Shown here: piece after piece, positions 57,232 through 64,000 of the stretch | How positions within the stretch are numbered: position 1 is the first letter of the stretch | Layout of the letters: every line of letters begins with the position of its first letter | IMG/VR virus record: IMGVR_UViG_3300001598_000001 | Span: 32,001 to 96,000 of that record | DNA: 64,000 nt | Source of the DNA: a virus | Lineage: Duplodnaviria > Caudoviricetes | Direction: 5' to 3' (one strand) | The notes under the pieces: generated by a model | Database searches by the model: none | What the model was told of the DNA's origin: nothing | What the model saw: the letters and a program-made list of their open reading frames with translations, nothing else | Position numbers and translations under genes: made by a program

Positions 57232-57485
57232 TTTAGAGCGAGATAGTTAATTCTATCTCCTCTAATATGAAATTTTATTTTTACTTAAAATATCTATATA
57301 TTATATTAGTGGTAAAAATCGTTAGTAACTAACCTTATACGGTAAATTACTTGATAAAATTTCCACTATTAATATCAAGATGTTTTAATTAGACTATAGA
57401 TATTTTAATTAAATATATAATTTATATTATAGACTCAATAAAAGAGTCATTTTATTATACGCTTAAGGGCAAGGAGGAAAAAATT

Positions 57486-60400
57486 ATGGCAGTTTATAAA
57501 CCAACATATTGTTACCCTTTTTTAAACACAATTGATATTCGTTTAGGTATAACACAAGATAATAATCTTCCTTGCGAATTTTTAAAATGTAAAGTAGATT
57601 CATCTAATATAAATATTACGGGTTATAAAATTAGATTATTAGATGGTAATAACAACCAAATTTTCCCTATAGCTAACAATGGTGAAGGATATATTTCTTC
57701 CGTTGATGGATTATCAGGTGAAAGTGGTAGCGCTATTGTACCATTTGATAGACAAGGAATAAATTCTGGATTAAACGGAACATATTTACAAATACCTTTT
57801 TTCCAAAATTATAATCACCCAATATATTTTAAACATCCTAAAAACGAACAATCTGCTGCTGCTTATAGTTCTCATAATGCTATATATTATCGAGGAGATT
57901 ATGTGGTTGATTATGTTATAGGTTTCGACTCAGAAGATCGACAAAGCGGTGATGACGCAGCAAATCCAAATAATTGGGTAGTTAGTCCTACAGATAATAA
58001 TATACTTTACTATAAACCAAGTGTTGAAAGTGAAACTCCTTTTGATAATTTTCAAATTAATGGAGACACTCCTATTTTAGGTCAAACTATTTTATACATA
58101 GGTCCGATATCAAATGAAGAAACATCAGAAACCCCTAATAATGAATACAATGGGGTTTATCGTTTGGGTAAAACCACTTATGAGGATAAAATTATTGTTA
58201 CTTTAACCAAAGTATTTAATTTATTTCACGCTGTTGGTAAATGAAGTATTATTAATACCAGTACTTCTATTACTCCAAAAGAAGGGGTGCTTTGGAACGA
58301 TTTACGTGTTGAACAAACAATTGGTCTAGACACTGGTTTAGGACAATTGCAACAATGAACATCTGGTGCATGAGCACCTGTACCTGTAGAAGATTTTTTC
58401 CAAGTTACAGACAACGTATTTACCCCTGATCGTCGTTGAAATCCACCTTCTGGTGCTATTTGGGCTAATAAAAATAATCTTTCAGAAAACAATGATGCTT
58501 TTCGTTGGCAATATAAAAAATATTCTTCTGGATATGAATATATTACTGTTTTAAAAGGTTATATGCACAATACTATATTTAAATCATCTGGAAGTAATAT
58601 GGTTAAAGATTCAACAATAGTCATGTGGGTAGATTCTGAAGGCAATGACTTGCCAGGAATTGCTTCTGATTTACGTAGTTATAAATGAGAAATAACTTTA
58701 TATCAAGGCAATTATGAACCTGGTCACGAATCTAATTATAGAAGTATTCAATATACTAATATTAATCCACAATATTTAGACATGGTATTAACCAGTGGAA
58801 CTATTTTAGGTTCAAGACCATCTCGTATTCAAATTGCTAGTTCAAACGAGGATAATGCAATTTTACCTGGTAACAATAAAGATACTTTAGTATTACAAAC
58901 ACGTTATATGCAATTGTATAATTTTGCACCTACAGACAATAATCCTGAAAATTTATCTAATATTGGTAACAGGTTTTATGTATCATCTTATGATTCTGCC
59001 TATGGACATGTTTATCCATTAGAAGGTAGTATTGATGGTAATATTTTATCGAACATTACTTCTCCTGGTAACGGAAGATGTCAATTTTTCAAGCATTCAA
59101 ATGATCCAACTGCTATTTTAGATGGCGAAATTGTAGATTATTGTATTGATATTGATAATAAAAACATTGTCTTTAAAGGATGAGAAGATCAAAGTGTTAC
59201 TAGTGCTCGTTTAGTACCTGTTAATCCTAATGATGCAACTTCTCCTGATGTTACTTTATCTACTTATGGTTTAGGTTATACAGTTAAAACAGGCGATCGT
59301 GTTTTACTTATTAATCAAACTAATCCAGAACAAAATGGAGTTTATAGAGTTAATATTGAAAAAACTGGTTCTGGATCGGCTGTTACTGATTATACAGGAT
59401 GATCTAGAGATGCTTCTTACGACTCATGGGGCAAGTATTTAGGAGCGATTATTTATGATCGCTATACTCATAAAAATTATGAATCTTTAGCTAATTCTGG
59501 TGGCACTTTATGAAATCCTAAAGCACAAGGTAGTGGAGATTCTTATTTATTCTTCTCTGAAGAAAAACCTATTATCTTGTTTAATGATAAAATTAAAACT
59601 GTTGTTACTTTTCTAGGAACTTTAAAAGAACCTACTATTGACAGTATAAAAGTTCAAACTGGAAATAGATTATTAATTAATGAAAATGGCCAATGAAAAA
59701 TTTATACCGCAACAGTAAATGAATCTATAACACCAAGTACTGTTGATTGAACTGAAGATCAAAGTGCAAAAATTACTAATACTGATTATATTCAAATTAC
59801 CGATGGTCGAGTATATGGTCATAATATTGTTCAAAATGGTGTTGTTACAGACGCTTTAAGTACAGCATGTGTATTACAAAATACAGTAAACTATACTTAT
59901 ATTTCACCTTATATTAGTATTACTAAAAACATGTATTTAAAAATAATTGGACATAATATTGATTATGCTAATAAAACACCAAGTGCATGGTTAAAAATTA
60001 ATGATATTGATACTAAGATATGAAGAATTAAACACGATACATTGTCTCAACCATTATTATCATATAGTAATGAAGATAATAATATACCTTATAAATATGA
60101 AGTTCGTTCATATTTTAAAGTTTCAGATGAGAACCCAGTATATTTTTATGAGACACCATATTTAACTATAGAAATCAATGGTAAAAACGGTGAGTTGTTA
60201 ACTGGTACTACTTATGGACCTTTATTAACTGCTGAGCAATTAGATACTTATGCAGTTCTTGAAGGTGGAGAAATATATAATCCTTTTTATACTATTATTT
60301 ATTTATCAAAAGCAAATGTTAATGGTCGAGCTGTTCGTTTAACTGCTCATTATACTCAGTTTGAATCAATTTCTTGGGAAAATTATCGCTGAGTTTTATT

Positions 60401-62033
60401 AGATTCTAATGGTAATATTTTACAAGATACAGGTAAACGCTATGATAAAAATATGGAAGTTATTTTCTATGGTTTATCTAATGATCATGTTAATTCAAAT
60501 AATAATTATTATAGTGTTATTTATGTAGAAGACAACGCAGGTAATATATTACGTTATACTTTGAAATTAGTAATTACGCCTCCACAAAATACTGGAGACA
60601 ATCTTGTACCATTTACAGCATGTTTTGATCAAGCTACTCATTCAGTTAAATTAAATTATCAAGATTATTATTTAACTTTACCTACTGTAAAAGATAGTGA
60701 AAAAGCTTTTATTAATGATCAAAGCGAATTATTTAGACAAGATAAAAGTATTATTTATGAAACAGATAAAATTTTAGATAATGATGTGTCATATATGAAA
60801 ATTACTCATTATCAAGCTGATACTGGAGTTCCTATTTATTTTGGAAATTTAGGTGAAGATTATCAAAGTTCATATAATACTTCATTGGGTCTTGCTAATT
60901 TTAAAGGAATTAATTATCAATATGGTTTTGTAAGAAATGAATATACTATTGACCCAAATTATGTTTTAACTTTATCAGGCGATGATAATGGTCAATTATA
61001 TTATCAAACTGAAATTGAGCTCAATGATAATTATTGTGGTCAAATTTTTGATTTATCAATAGATAAAAGTGAAAACAGTCCAACTAAATTACATTTAATT
61101 ACATTTTTACCTGATAATTTTAGTGATGATGTTAATAACGAATTAAATTCTTTGAGAAATCAAATTGGGTTATTTGTAGACACTACTGAAGCTGATAATA
61201 TTACAATTGATTTTGATCGTGCTCAATATAGCAACGATTTAAATTTATTTAATATTAATACTGAAGATGCTGTTCCATATTATTATTTACAACCATCAAC
61301 TGCTACAGTTAATATAGAAAAAGGTGAATTTTTACATTATAACTTAAGTGATTTTGATTCTAGTGATGAAATTATTAAAAATAAAAATTTATACATTTTG
61401 GGTCAAAATGATAGTAAATTTAATTCTGAAATATTAAATGGACAAACTTTTAGTAATATTAATATATATAATAGTGCTACTAAATTTTTTGGAAATTTAA
61501 ATTTAATTTGTGAAAATGACGTACCTGATAATTATTTTATATTAAACAATAATAATAAAAATATATCTAATATAAGTACAAATGCTCCTTCATATTGAAT
61601 GGAAAATAATAAATATATTATTATGGATTCAAATCAATATATGGGTCAAAATAATAACGATAATATTTTCCTAAATTATGAAGTTACTGATACAGATGGA
61701 AATATATGGCCAAGCTCTAATGAAGAAAACTATTATTGGAATGAAAATAGTGAAACAATTACACCTAATCTTAATGCACCTAGTATTAAAAAATTTTTAT
61801 TAAATTCTAATAAAGATGAGACTAGCGTTGTTCAAATGATACCTTATGCTCGTCATAATGGTTTGCATAATAAAACAATAAGTTTTATAGTAAAACTTTA
61901 TGATGTTCGACAAATTTGTAATTTATTAGATGCTGGTACTTGCGATATTGTTTATGAAAACAATAAATTTATAATTAGCGATGCTAGCAATAATAAAGAA
62001 TTAGGTGTTTGTATTATACAAATTAATATATAA
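57486..62033 (+). CDS. Large tail tip / baseplate protein (TGA=Trp)
   Basis: Five track ORFs in one frame give 1515 aa; contains GDRVLLINQTNPEQNGVY, a phage tail motif. Confidence 0.7.
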
Positions 62034-62047
62034 GGAGGACAAGAATA

Positions 62048-63217
62048 ATGGCAAATATGCGAAAAGTTAAATTAACATTATCTAATGTTTCTTCTAGTAT
62101 GTATCACGATGGTCAACTTAAAAGTTTATATAATTATTTATGAAACGATGCTGATGCTGACCAAATTATTAGTGGAATCACAAATTCGAATGGTAAGTAT
62201 ATAAAAAATACTAATTACGAATCATTGATTTCACAATCATCTAATAAAAGTCCTATTATATTAAATTATCAAAAAGACGAAGCACATAATATTGATTTAT
62301 ATGGTGGCTATGTTCAAAATAATTATAATACTGGCATGTATATGAGTTATTATCGTCGTGAATATGATAAATATACTTATGACGGTAATAACTTTGAAGA
62401 ATATAAAGGTGAATGAGAACCAGTAGCAGTTAAATTTTCTAATGGATATTTTAGAGATTTTAATATTAAAAACGATCATATTTATCAATATATTGCTTAT
62501 AATCACATTAGTTTAGAACCTAATGTGATAGAAACAGATGTTATACAAATTTTTGCTAATAATATAGATCCTCAACAATCAGCTTTGTTTGGAGAGCCTG
62601 TGTTTTGCAAATGAAATGAATGAAGTATTATTGAATTGTTACCTGTCGAGAATCCTATCGATGCTCCAATAGTTAAAAAAGCTTATAAAGCTAATTTAGA
62701 TCAACTATGATTATTTAAATACGATCTTCAAGTTGGACCTCAAACTCAGAATATTTCTCGAAATGATATTCAAACATTAGGTCAATTTAATAAATTAGGT
62801 TATAGTGAACAGAATTTTATTTCTGGGGATGTAACCGCATTAATGGGTTCAGAAATTGTTGCTTGAAATAAACAAGTATATACTGAGCGACTATGGCGTA
62901 GTCGTGAGAATCCATTATCTACCAATGAAAAAGTAAAAATGTTAGAACAATGAAGAAAACTTGTTGCTTCTAAAAATCCTAAATTATTAAAAGATATGAA
63001 GGGACAAAGTTGAATTGTTCAAATCGTTGGTAGTTCAAATACGCCAAAAAATGGTTATTATCAACAACCAGATTCAATAAGTTTTCAATGAAAGCAAATA
63101 GAGTCTTTAGATCACGTAATTATTTATGGAGATTCTGTTGATATTCCTAAATCTGGATGTTCTAATTCAAAAAAATATACTTCTTTTTATCGCAATCCTT
63201 CCTGTTGTCAAAAATAA
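62048..63217 (+). CDS. Tail protein with fibronectin-like and distal-tail-like parts (TGA=Trp)
   Basis: 389 aa, AGGAGG RBS; YYRRE..F.DFN...YQY and PKLLKDMKG patterns. Confidence 0.6.
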
Positions 63218-63320
63218 AGAAGTTAATATAAAACAGGAATATTTTTAAATATAAAAATAAGATGGATAGAAAGTTTGCGATTAGAAATAAAAGGTTTAGA
63301 ATTTAATAAGGAGGATACTT

Positions 63321-64000
63321 ATGGACAATATAATATTACACCATGGTTTTGATGCTAAAACAAAAATTACGATGGCCAGTGGTTCTCGTAAGAATATTGA
63401 AAATTTAGTTGTTGGTGATAAAATTAAATCTTATGATATTCAAACTGGTGAAAACTCCATTGGTGAAGTAATGAATGTCACACGACAAATATGTCCAAAT
63501 GTAGTCAAGTTTGTTTTTGAGTCTAAAGAATTAATAGGATGTAGAGACACTTTGTTTAGAATAGATGAACAATGAAAACAAATAGAAATTGGCGATTTGG
63601 AATTAAAAGAAATTATTATTTTAGAAGAACAAGAACTAATTGAGTTAACTGTTGAGCCTAACCATAATTATTATGTAAATGGTTTGTTGGTTCATAATAG
63701 TGGCGAACCATCTCCAAACGATGTTGTCAGTAAAAAAATTCAATTAAAAAATCGTAGTGGAGAAATTTTATTTCCAACTACAAAATTAGAATTAGTTGAA
63801 GGTTTATTATCAGCTTTGACAGGAAAACAACCTACATTAGATTTTCAAACACCTTATACTCAAGTAGGTAGTAAAAATAAAATACCTCAAATTACGACTA
63901 ATAATTTAGGACAAGTTACTAGTATTACTGAAATAGAAATTGAAGGTGGGGGTGGTGGTACTCCTAGTAGTTATCTTAAAAATGCTTTTGTCAATCAAAG
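63321..64000 (+). CDS. Hint-domain protein / tail fibre, partial (TGA=Trp)
   Basis: GFDAKTKITMASG..K.IE.L.VGD.I and ELTVEPNHNYYVNGLLVHN|S; open to the window end. Confidence 0.75.

Noticed and set aside
10421-64000. Fragmented ORFs as pseudogenes, frameshifts or a decayed prophage
   Set aside because: Fragments stay in one frame, break only at TGA, and a UCA tRNA is encoded
1-64000. CRISPR array, rRNA, IS transposase or reverse transcriptase/DGR
   Set aside because: No regularly spaced repeats or diagnostic motifs were observed

Overview
This window is part of a large, very AT-rich tailed phage genome with Bacillota-type Shine-Dalgarno sites and SPbeta-like gene order. The phage recodes TGA as Trp: the fragmented ORF track fuses into full-length genes when TGA is read through, and every gene I traced ends in TAA or TAG. 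1-10.4 kb is a leftward block of small early/accessory genes with no TGA at all. 10.4-14.4 kb is leftward and includes a YonO-like single-subunit RNA polymerase with about 7 in-frame TGA. From 14.8 kb the rightward morphogenesis module runs: phosphoesterase, terminase, portal, protease/scaffold, a major capsid gene split by a group I intron, a free-standing homing endonuclease, head-tail and tail genes, holin, RuvC-like resolvase and tyrosine recombinase. An RNA island at 40.2-44.4 kb carries an opal-reading tRNA-Trp(UCA) with an oversized variable arm, a ROOL-like RNA, a second ~550-nt structured RNA, a tmRNA tRNA-like-domain-only RNA, other atypical tRNAs and an Ntn hydrolase gene. The main discovery candidate is a 3911-aa tape-measure protein, visible only under code 4, whose N-terminal half carries two-barrel RNA polymerase motifs (RDP...GDYDGD) and a RecB-like PD-(D/E)XK nuclease domain. 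Tail genes and a Hint-domain fibre gene follow. All family assignments are from motif recognition by eye; no searches were run.
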